Source: Patescibacteria group bacterium (lineage in GTDB: Bacteria; Patescibacteriota; Patescibacteriia; JACRDY01). From it: a stretch of DNA of 64,000 nt. The stretch lies in the NCBI GenBank assembly GCA_041650515.1, contig JBAZLA010000005.1, forward strand, positions 2,034-66,033, given 5' to 3'. Below the pieces are notes generated by a model. That model saw nothing but the letters and a program-made list of their open reading frames with translations, was not told the DNA's origin and ran no database searches. Below are positions 1 through 6,896 of the stretch, piece after piece (positions within the stretch are counted from its first letter, which is position 1; every line of letters begins with the position of its first letter). The position numbers and the translations under genes were made by a program.

Positions 1-35
1 GGCCACCCTCCGCCAAAAATAATGGTGGTTTTATA

Positions 36-383
36 ATGACCGTGGTGGTATTAATCGTCGCCGCTATTGTTTCGGTTATTATTATTAAAGTGGCCCTAAG
101 TACATTGAGCCATCTCAATAATGCTGATCAATCGTTAAAGGGGGAAGCCGCTAAATACCAAACCCAAGGTTGTCTTCAGGAGGCCTTAATTAGGCTAAAA
201 CGTGATCCTAGCCATTATGTTGGTGGTGTGATTAATCTAGGTGACGGTAGCTGTGATATTACTGTTGTTGGGGAAGGTGATAGCCGAGCTTTGATTGTGG
301 TTGGTAGTTTGAACGGTTACCAACAAAATTTGGCGGTTAATTTAACAATTGATCCATTTGCTGTGACCACTTGGGATAATTAA
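36..383 (+). CDS. membrane-anchored hypothetical protein, possibly pilus-associated (pseudopilin-like)
   Basis: ORF with an N-terminal hydrophobic helix (VVVLIVAAIVSVIIIKVAL), directly upstream of two type IV pilin genes. No catalytic motif recognised. Begins near the window edge. Confidence 0.35.
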   Translation: MTVVVLIVAAIVSVIIIKVALSTLSHLNNADQSLKGEAAKYQTQGCLQEALIRLKRDPSHYVGGVINLGDGSCDITVVGEGDSRALIVVGSLNGYQQNLAVNLTIDPFAVTTWDN

Positions 384-489
384 CCTGTGGATAAGTCGGG
401 TGGTTAGAAATAAAGCTGAAATTTGCTATAATATAGCTAATAAAATATTAATAATTTAAATATTTTTTAATAATAAATAAAGTAAAACT

Positions 490-960
490 ATGAAGAAAGG
501 TTTTACCTTAATTGAGTTGCTGATCGTGATTGCGATTATCGCGATTTTGGCCGCGGTGGTTTTTGTGGCCTTAGATCCGTTGACTCGTTTCCGTCAAGCC
601 AGAAATTCTACTCGTTGGTCAGATATAACCGCTGTCTTGGATGCGGTTAAAGTCCATCAAGTAGATAATAGTGGTAGTTATTTAGCCAGTGTTACCGCTC
701 TGACAGCTGGTAATTATTACACCATTGGTACTTGTGCTACTGGTGGTGACGATGGTTGTACCGCCAAGACTACTCAGGCGGCTTGTGTTGATTTGACTGG
801 TTTAGTAACTGCTGGTTATCTAGGCAAAGTGCCGATGGACCCAAGTACTGGCACTGCTGCCGAGACTGATTATTATTTGATGAAATCATCAGCTGGCGCT
901 ATCACCGTTGGTGCCTGCGACCCAGAGGGTTCAGGTGTGGTTATCGAAATTGTTCGATAG
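490..960 (+). CDS. type IV pilin / pseudopilin (prepilin-type N-terminal cleavage-methylation domain)
   Basis: N-terminus MKKGFTLIELLIVIAIIAILAAV matches the class III signal peptide with the G|FTLIELL cleavage-methylation motif. The C-terminal half has paired Cys. 156 aa. Confidence 0.8.
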   Translation: MKKGFTLIELLIVIAIIAILAAVVFVALDPLTRFRQARNSTRWSDITAVLDAVKVHQVDNSGSYLASVTALTAGNYYTIGTCATGGDDGCTAKTTQAACVDLTGLVTAGYLGKVPMDPSTGTAAETDYYLMKSSAGAITVGACDPEGSGVVIEIVR

Positions 961-982
961 GATAGCAAGATAAAGTTACATC

Positions 983-1450
983 ATGAAGAAAGGTTTTACT
1001 TTAGTGGAGATGTTAATAGTGGTTGCGGTTATCGCAATTTTAGTTGCGATAGTTTATGTCGCTCTTAGTCCCTTAGAAAGATTTCGTCATGCCAGGAATT
1101 CCATTCGTGGTTCGGATATAACGGCAATCATGGAAGCCGTCAAGGTTTATCAGGTAGACCATAAGGGTGATCATTTGACTAGGATCGCCGCTTTAGCTCC
1201 GGATAAATTTTATATGATTGGTACAGCCACCAGTGGGTGTACTACTGGTTGTACAGCTAAAGTTACTGAAGCAGCTTGTGTTAATCTGAATGGTCTGGTA
1301 ACTGCCGGTAATTTAGCTAAAATTCCTCGGGACCCCAAGAGTGGTACGTCGACTAGAAGCTTCTATTATCTATCTAAATCTGAAGATGATGTCATCACTA
1401 TTGGTGCTTGTGTCCCGGAGGACGGTGCGACAATCGAAATTATTCGTTAG
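983..1450 (+). CDS. type IV pilin paralog (prepilin-type N-terminal domain)
   Basis: MKKGFTLVEMLIVVAVIAILVAIV N-terminus. Tandem paralog of the upstream pilin with the same Cys spacing (CTTGCTAK...AACV). Confidence 0.8.
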   Translation: MKKGFTLVEMLIVVAVIAILVAIVYVALSPLERFRHARNSIRGSDITAIMEAVKVYQVDHKGDHLTRIAALAPDKFYMIGTATSGCTTGCTAKVTEAACVNLNGLVTAGNLAKIPRDPKSGTSTRSFYYLSKSEDDVITIGACVPEDGATIEIIR

Positions 1451-1472
1451 TCGGAATTTAGTCAATTTAAAA

Positions 1473-1500
1473 GCCCCGCAGCTGCGGGGCTTTTATTTTT
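1473..1500. terminator. rho-independent terminator (bidirectional, between convergent genes)
   Basis: Hairpin gccccgcagctgcggggc followed by ttttatttt. Lies between the pilin stop (1450) and the stop of the minus-strand ORF (1508). Confidence 0.6.
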
Positions 1501-1507
1501 GATGGAA

Positions 1508-2272
1508 TTATTTTACAAAGGCGTATTGGCTCCACCAATCCTTGTTATATTGAAGTTCTTCTGGGGACTGAGTTTCGGCTCGCGGTAGATGGGGAGCGAT
1601 AATGCCGGTATAGGCAGTATAGAACTCAGGGGTTTGGCCAGATTTTCTGATGATAGTAATAACTAAATCGTTAGTCTGTGGTGCAGAGATATCCCCGATA
1701 GTATTAATTGTGACTTGATCTTTAGCCTCGCCCTGACCGCGCATTTTTTGGGTAACTTTGTTGGCAACATCCGGAGTAATTTTTATTACCGATGAAGTGC
1801 CAAAACTTTCCTCAGGTGCTAGACCAAAGCGGGTTTTATCGGCGGCGGTAACGGTAATTTGGATATTAGCTCGAGCTTCGTCAGTAGTTTGATTTTTAAT
1901 CCAAATTATTGTTTGGTTGTTTTCTAAAGCTTCAACTAACTTTTCTTGGCAGAATAAAGACAGAGCTTCAGGGTCATTAATCTTAGGATGAAATTTAGAA
2001 CCGGCAGCTTCAAGCTGAGCAGTAATAAATTTTTCGTCAACAACTATTTCATTACCCTCATCATTAATAGTCTGTCCTAGCAATTTAGCTTTAGCTTCTG
2101 GTGAGATATTAGTTAGGTGGCGAGCAACGTGGAGGGTTGATTCAGTTGGGAGTCTAAGGTTATTAATGTCTCTTTGTTCAACATTGCCAGCGGTTTCACC
2201 ATAAAAGCGGACGCCGTTTTGTTCAACGTAAGGAAATGGTTGTTGGCGGCTAGGATCAGTTCTTTCGCTCAT
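1508..2272 (-). CDS. hypothetical protein (254 aa, no recognised domain)
   Basis: Long ORF with a complex, non-repetitive composition. No signal peptide and no known motif recognised. Confidence 0.5.
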   Translation of the reverse strand: MSERTDPSRQQPFPYVEQNGVRFYGETAGNVEQRDINNLRLPTESTLHVARHLTNISPEAKAKLLGQTINDEGNEIVVDEKFITAQLEAAGSKFHPKINDPEALSLFCQEKLVEALENNQTIIWIKNQTTDEARANIQITVTAADKTRFGLAPEESFGTSSVIKITPDVANKVTQKMRGQGEAKDQVTINTIGDISAPQTNDLVITIIRKSGQTPEFYTAYTGIIAPHLPRAETQSPEELQYNKDWWSQYAFVK

Positions 2273-2301
2273 ATTTTTGATTTATTTAGTTAATATCTCT
2301 A

Positions 2302-2416
2302 TCGGGGATGCGGGATCCTTCGTCCCGACTTTACGTCGGGACTCAGGACAAGCCCGAACCCGCGACCTGTCCGATGGACATCGGACCGCGCTAGCCTCTG
2401 CCGGCTGGCGGATGCG
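2302..2416 (-). pseudogene. degenerate tRNA-like copy (T-arm/acceptor of tRNA-Pro) interrupted by a palindromic repeat unit
   Basis: A 29-bp direct repeat, tgtttaatatctctatcggggatgcggga, is shared with the 3' end of the adjacent tRNA-Pro. The T-stem halves GCGGG...CCCGC are retained, but the T-loop carries an inserted hairpin (gtcccgacgtaaagtcgggac gaaggatc). No acceptor 5' strand or canonical anticodon arm could be found. Confidence 0.4.
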
Positions 2417-2435
2417 TTTGTGTTTAATATCTCTA

Positions 2436-2509
2436 TCGGGGATGCGGGACTTGAACCCGCGACCTCACGCACCCGAAGCGTGCGCGCTAGCCAACTGCGC
2501 TAATCCCCG
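2436..2509 (-). tRNA. tRNA-Pro (anticodon CGG)
   Basis: Manual fold of CGGGGATTAGCGCAGTTGGCTAGCGCGCACGCTTCGGGTGCGTGAGGTCGCGGGTTCAAGTCCCGCATCCCCGA: 7-bp acceptor, D-arm GCGC/GCGC, anticodon stem CACGC/GCGTG with loop TTCGGGT (CGG), T-arm GCGGG-TTCAAGT-CCCGC. Confidence 0.8.
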
Positions 2510-2587
2510 GTAGAAATATCAAGCCAATACTCAGCTATATTACACGATAATTGCGAATTAATAAAGGGGAGGCTATAATAGCCCTAT

Positions 2588-3832
2588 ATGGCTGATTTAT
2601 TTGATAAAAACTATCACCAGCTTTCGCCGTTAGCTGACCGCATGCGTCCCAAAAAATTAGCTGATTTTATGGGTCAAGAGCATTTGGTTGGGCCGGAAAA
2701 ACTGTTGCGCCAAGCGTTAGAAGGGGATCAATTACCGTCAATGATTTTTTGGGGTCCGCCGGGCGTGGGTAAAACCACTTTGGCCCGGATTATCGCCGAG
2801 ATTACTCAGTCGGCTTTTATGCAGTTTAGTGCAGTGACTAGCGGGGTTAAAGAACTGCGCGAAGTGATTAAGAAAGCCAAGGATAGCTTAAAATATCATA
2901 GCCAAAGAACAATCTTATTTATTGACGAAGTCCATCGTTGGAATAAAGCCCAACAGGACGCGCTATTGCCGCATATTGAAGATGGCTCACTAATTTTGAT
3001 TGGCGCCACTACTGAGAATCCTTCGTTTGAGGTTAATTCCGCCCTGCTTTCACGTTGTCGGGTGTTTGTCTTAAATAAATTGTCTGGCCAGAATATTGCT
3101 GATTTGTTAGTTCGGGCAATTAAAGATAAAGAGAACGGCTATGGTAGTTTAAAAATAAAAGTTGATAAAGAAGTTATAAAATACTTAGCGGTGCTCAGCG
3201 ATGGTGACGCGCGGATTGCTTATAACGCTTTGGAGTTTGCGGTGACCGCGGCGCCCAAAGGCAAGGAAATAATTTTAGATCAAGATAAAATTAAGGAAGC
3301 ATTACAAAAGTCGCATTTGCTTTATGACCGCGCCGGAGAAGAACATTTTAATATTATCTCGGCATTGCACAAAAGTTTGCGCGGCTCTGACCCGGATGCA
3401 TCTTTATATTGGTTAGCGCGAATGCTTGAGGCCGGGGAGGATCCGCTTTACGTTGCTAGAAGATTAGTTCGTTTTGCTTCCGAGGATATTGGTCTGGCTG
3501 ACCCGCAGGCCTTAGTTCAAGCCGTTAGCGCTTATCAAGCTAGCCATTTTATTGGTATGCCAGAATGCAATGTGATTCTAGCTCAAGTGGTGGTTTATTT
3601 AGCCAAAGCGCCAAAAGACAATTCTTTGTATGTGGCTTATGGGCAGGTGCAAAAAGATGTTAAAGAAACCGAGGCTGATCCAGTGCCCCTGCATTTACGT
3701 AACGCGCCGACTAACTTGATGAAAGAGCTGGGTTATGGTAAAGGTTATAAATATAATCCCAATTTTGATTATCAGGGCGATATTCAGGATTATTTGCCGC
3801 CGAAATTAAAAGGGCGAAAATATTTGAAGTAG
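2588..3832 (+). CDS. rarA: replication-associated recombination protein A (AAA+ ATPase RarA/MgsA)
   Basis: Walker A WGPPGVGKTTLA, Walker B LFIDEVHRWNKAQQD and the RarA C-terminal helical domain. A good SD (aaggggagg) lies upstream. Confidence 0.9.
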   Translation: MADLFDKNYHQLSPLADRMRPKKLADFMGQEHLVGPEKLLRQALEGDQLPSMIFWGPPGVGKTTLARIIAEITQSAFMQFSAVTSGVKELREVIKKAKDSLKYHSQRTILFIDEVHRWNKAQQDALLPHIEDGSLILIGATTENPSFEVNSALLSRCRVFVLNKLSGQNIADLLVRAIKDKENGYGSLKIKVDKEVIKYLAVLSDGDARIAYNALEFAVTAAPKGKEIILDQDKIKEALQKSHLLYDRAGEEHFNIISALHKSLRGSDPDASLYWLARMLEAGEDPLYVARRLVRFASEDIGLADPQALVQAVSAYQASHFIGMPECNVILAQVVVYLAKAPKDNSLYVAYGQVQKDVKETEADPVPLHLRNAPTNLMKELGYGKGYKYNPNFDYQGDIQDYLPPKLKGRKYLK

Positions 3833-3840
3833 TTTTTTAC

Positions 3841-4043
3841 TGTCATCCTGAGCGGAGCCCCGCCTTTGGCGGGGCGCAGTTGAAGGATCCCTTTTTATGC
3901 CACAAGGATAAATATTTTACTAATGATTATTGGCGGATTAGGCTAATAATATTGAGTATTTTAGTTTATTTGATCAATTAAGTTTGAAATAATTTAATTC
4001 TGAGTGGATGGGAAAGTGATCCTTCACTTCGCTCAGGATGACA
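3841..4043. repeat. MITE-like element with terminal inverted repeats tgtcatcctgagcgg...gaaggatcc / gatccttc...gctcaggatgaca
   Basis: A ~200-bp AT-rich core is flanked by perfect inverted ends (3841-3890 and 4018-4043). The internal motif tttatgccacaagg matches, in inverted orientation, the copy at 28046-28204. Confidence 0.6.
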
Positions 4044-4109
4044 GAATAATAAGAGACAGTGATACCGCCAGGCCTAGATTGGGTCTAGTTGTTTGAATAT
4101 ATTGAAGAA

Positions 4110-4799
4110 TCAAATTATTTCTTTCTTATCTACGAACCGGTATTGGCCGGTTTTTAGGTTTCCTAGAGTTAGCTTGCCCTCTCTAAGTCGCTCTAGAAAA
4201 GTCGCGCGGCAGCTGACTGTTTTAAGCATTTCGCGCACTTGGCGTTTTTGACCCTCATGAATAGTGATTTTAATTTCGTTGTCTTTGACCATCACAATCT
4301 GGCATGGCGCGGTTTTTTTGTTTTCTAAAATTACGCCAGTTTCTAATTTGGTTTTTTTAGCTGACGAGAACTGACCAATAAAGCGGACCAAGTATTCTTT
4401 TTCGTGTTCAAAGCTGGGGTGGGTTAATTCTTGGGTTAGTTCGCCATCGTTAGTCATAATCAGTAAACCGCAGGAGTCTTTATCTAGTCGGCCGACTGGC
4501 CAGACTTTTTTTCTTAGTTCAGCCGGCAGTAATTCATAAATAGTTTTTTCGGCGTGGCGATCAAACCGGGTGGTGGTATAGCCAGTCGGTTTATTTAGAA
4601 CTAGATAAATATTTTTTTCTTTTGGTTCAATCGGTTTACCATTAACCAACACTTGGTCTTTATCTGGATCGATGCTGGTGCCGATTTTAGCGACTTGACC
4701 GTTGACCTGGACGCGGCCATTAGCAATAAAAACTTCGGCCGCTCGGCGTGAGCAAAACCCCGCTTGAGAAAGGAATTTTTGAAGGCGGATCTTAGCCAT
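4110..4799 (-). CDS. rRNA pseudouridine synthase (RsuA/RluB family, S4 domain + PseudoU_synth_2)
   Basis: S4 RNA-binding N-terminus (RLQKFLSQAGFCSRRAAEVFIANGRVQVNG) and the catalytic motif GRLDKDSCGLLIMTNDGEL. Confidence 0.85.
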   Translation of the reverse strand: MAKIRLQKFLSQAGFCSRRAAEVFIANGRVQVNGQVAKIGTSIDPDKDQVLVNGKPIEPKEKNIYLVLNKPTGYTTTRFDRHAEKTIYELLPAELRKKVWPVGRLDKDSCGLLIMTNDGELTQELTHPSFEHEKEYLVRFIGQFSSAKKTKLETGVILENKKTAPCQIVMVKDNEIKITIHEGQKRQVREMLKTVSCRATFLERLREGKLTLGNLKTGQYRFVDKKEII

Positions 4800-4855
4800 G
4801 GATTTATTATAACACAGAGTTTTAAAACAGTTGATTTATGTTATAATTAAAGGGT

Positions 4856-6499
4856 ATGCCAAAGTGTAAACATTGTCATCAAGACTTTACCATTGATCAG
4901 CAAGAGCAGCAGTTTTATCAAGAGATAAAAGTACCGACGCCGACCTTTTGTCCGGACTGTCGCCAACAGCGGCGTTTGGCTTGGACTAACGAGCTAACAT
5001 TATATAACCGGAAGTGCGATCTGACTGGCAAAAATGTTATCTCGATGTTCAATCCTGATGTGCCCTTTCCGGTTTATGATTTTCATGAGTGGTGGGGCGA
5101 CAAGTGGGACGCTGGTAAATATGGCGCTGACTATAATCCAGAGCAATCTTTTTTTGACCAATTTATTGCGCTAAAAAATCGCGTGCCCCACCCATCGCTG
5201 GAGGCTAATATCACTCTACAGAATAGCGACTATACTAACTACTGCGGTTATGCGGTTAATTGTTTTTTGATCTTTGATTCGGCTTATACTGAGAATTGTT
5301 ATTATGGTTATACACTAATCCGCTGCAAAGAGGCGGTGGACTGCATGAAGAGCCATGGCTGTGAATACTGTTATTATTGCTCCGATTGTACCAGCTGTTT
5401 CAAACTCAAGTATAGCCAGGACTGCAATAAATGCTCCGAAAGTTATTTCCTTAAATATTGTTCCGGTTGTAACAGTTGTTTTGGTTGTATCAATCTGCGA
5501 AACAAAAGTTATTGTTGGTTAAATAAACAGCTGACGCCGGAAGAATATAATAAGCGATTGGCAATGGTTGATTTTGGCAGTCGGGAAGTAGTGGCTAAAG
5601 TCAAAAGCAAGTTTGATGAATTTTGTCTACGTTATCCGCACATCGCCATTCACGGCATCAAAAACGAGGATTGCAGTGGCGATTATTTGAATAGCACCTT
5701 TCAGACTGTTGCTTCTTATGATTGCCGCGATGTTCAAAATTGCCGCTACTCTTATTCTATCAGTTTGGGCGGCAAGGATGTCTATGATGTGTTTCAATTC
5801 GGCGGCGAGAGCCAGATCTTGTATGAAAGCGTGGTTTCCGGCTATAAAAATTATAACTGCAAATTTTGCTATCAAAGCTATACCAGCGGCCAAAATCTGG
5901 AATATTGCTTCAATTGCCTTGGTTCTAAAAATTGTTTTGGCTGTGTTGGTCTGCGCAAAAGGGAATTTTGTATCCTTAATAAACAATATAGCGAGGCTGA
6001 GTATAACCGGTTAAAAGAAGAGATAATTGTCAAAATGACGGCCACTGGCGAGTACGGCGAGTTTTTACCGGCTTCAATGTCACACCATGGCTATAACGAA
6101 ACCAGCGCCATGTTTTATTATCCTTTAACTAAAGAGCAGGCAACAGCTCAAGGATTTTGGTGGTATGACAAAAAAGTAACTGCGCCGGCGGTTAGTAAAA
6201 TAGTGCCGGATAATATTAAGGAAGTTCCTGACGCAATCACTAGCGATGTTTTTGTTTGTAGTTGTGGCAAGTCTTACCGGGTTACCACCCAGGAGTTAAA
6301 ATTTTATCGTGCTTTTAGTATCCCAGTGCCCGAAAAGTGCTATATTTGTCGTCATGTTGACCGGCTGTTCCAACGTAATCCGCAGCATCTTTGGGAACGT
6401 AGCTGTAGTAAGTGCGGTCGGGCGATGCAGACAACTTATGCTCCAGAGCGGCCGGAAATCGTCTATTGTAAAAAGTGTTTTCAAGATGATGTTTATTGA
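4856..6499 (+). CDS. large cysteine-rich protein, paralog 1 (twin terminal zinc-ribbon-like motifs, C-x2-C repeat core); function unknown
   Basis: 547 aa with >40 Cys. N-terminal CKHC..FY..VP.P.FCPDCRQQRR and C-terminal CSCGK..FYRAF.IPVPEKCYICRH motifs. Internal repeats NCFGC(I/V)(N/G)LR...C(W/I)LNKQ. Paralogous to 6897-8579 and 43278-44951. Confidence 0.7.
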   Translation: MPKCKHCHQDFTIDQQEQQFYQEIKVPTPTFCPDCRQQRRLAWTNELTLYNRKCDLTGKNVISMFNPDVPFPVYDFHEWWGDKWDAGKYGADYNPEQSFFDQFIALKNRVPHPSLEANITLQNSDYTNYCGYAVNCFLIFDSAYTENCYYGYTLIRCKEAVDCMKSHGCEYCYYCSDCTSCFKLKYSQDCNKCSESYFLKYCSGCNSCFGCINLRNKSYCWLNKQLTPEEYNKRLAMVDFGSREVVAKVKSKFDEFCLRYPHIAIHGIKNEDCSGDYLNSTFQTVASYDCRDVQNCRYSYSISLGGKDVYDVFQFGGESQILYESVVSGYKNYNCKFCYQSYTSGQNLEYCFNCLGSKNCFGCVGLRKREFCILNKQYSEAEYNRLKEEIIVKMTATGEYGEFLPASMSHHGYNETSAMFYYPLTKEQATAQGFWWYDKKVTAPAVSKIVPDNIKEVPDAITSDVFVCSCGKSYRVTTQELKFYRAFSIPVPEKCYICRHVDRLFQRNPQHLWERSCSKCGRAMQTTYAPERPEIVYCKKCFQDDVY

Positions 6500-6533
6500 C
6501 CTAAGTTAGCGGTCGTGGTTAACTATAATTAGT

Positions 6534-6860
6534 ATGAGAAATAGCCGAGAAATGGGTTTGGGCCCTGAGATAGTCAAAGGGCCAGAAACCCGCGAAAATA
6601 AGCAATTTGAGGCCTTAAAACAAGAGATTTTAGGGGAGATTAAGGCTGGTCAAATTAAGAATTTAGAAGGCATTGATCGTTATACTCGGGACTATTGGGC
6701 TAGGACGCCGGATAGTGGTAATCTGCCCGAGCTTTTGGAACGCGCTTGGCGCGATAAAGAGATTGGTTTAGCTTTGGGTCGCAAGAACGAAGCGGAGGTT
6801 GATTGGCTACCGCCAGCAACCAGAGTTGAAGTGGATAAGGGTTTGTCAGTGGCAGCGTAG
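6534..6860 (+). CDS. hypothetical protein (108 aa) between the two Cys-rich paralogs
   Basis: ORF with a charged, non-repetitive sequence, locally GC-richer than its flanks. No known motif. Confidence 0.4.
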   Translation: MRNSREMGLGPEIVKGPETRENKQFEALKQEILGEIKAGQIKNLEGIDRYTRDYWARTPDSGNLPELLERAWRDKEIGLALGRKNEAEVDWLPPATRVEVDKGLSVAA

Positions 6861-6896
6861 ATAATTTTAGATTTTTGACTTTAGAACATAGTTTTT

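Noticed and set aside
2317-2416. Interpretation of the upstream tRNA-like sequence as a functional intron-containing tRNA
   Set aside because: No 5' acceptor strand complementary to ATCCCCG could be found. The putative anticodon stem closes a non-canonical loop. The inserted hairpin belongs to the dispersed repeat family, not to a group I or archaeal-type intron. Classified as a remnant or pseudogene.
2277-2513. 78-aa plus-strand ORF from the six-frame track
   Set aside because: It lies entirely over the minus-strand tRNA-Pro and the tRNA-like repeat remnant. Its composition is driven by those structured GC-rich sequences. Not a gene.
5627-6014. ORFs 5627-5986(-) and 5709-6014(+) (and 6296-6484, 6309-6509) inside Cys-rich paralog 1
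   Set aside because: They are embedded in or antisense to a much longer, paralog-supported CDS. They are low-complexity Ala/Ile-rich translations of the Cys codon-rich strand.
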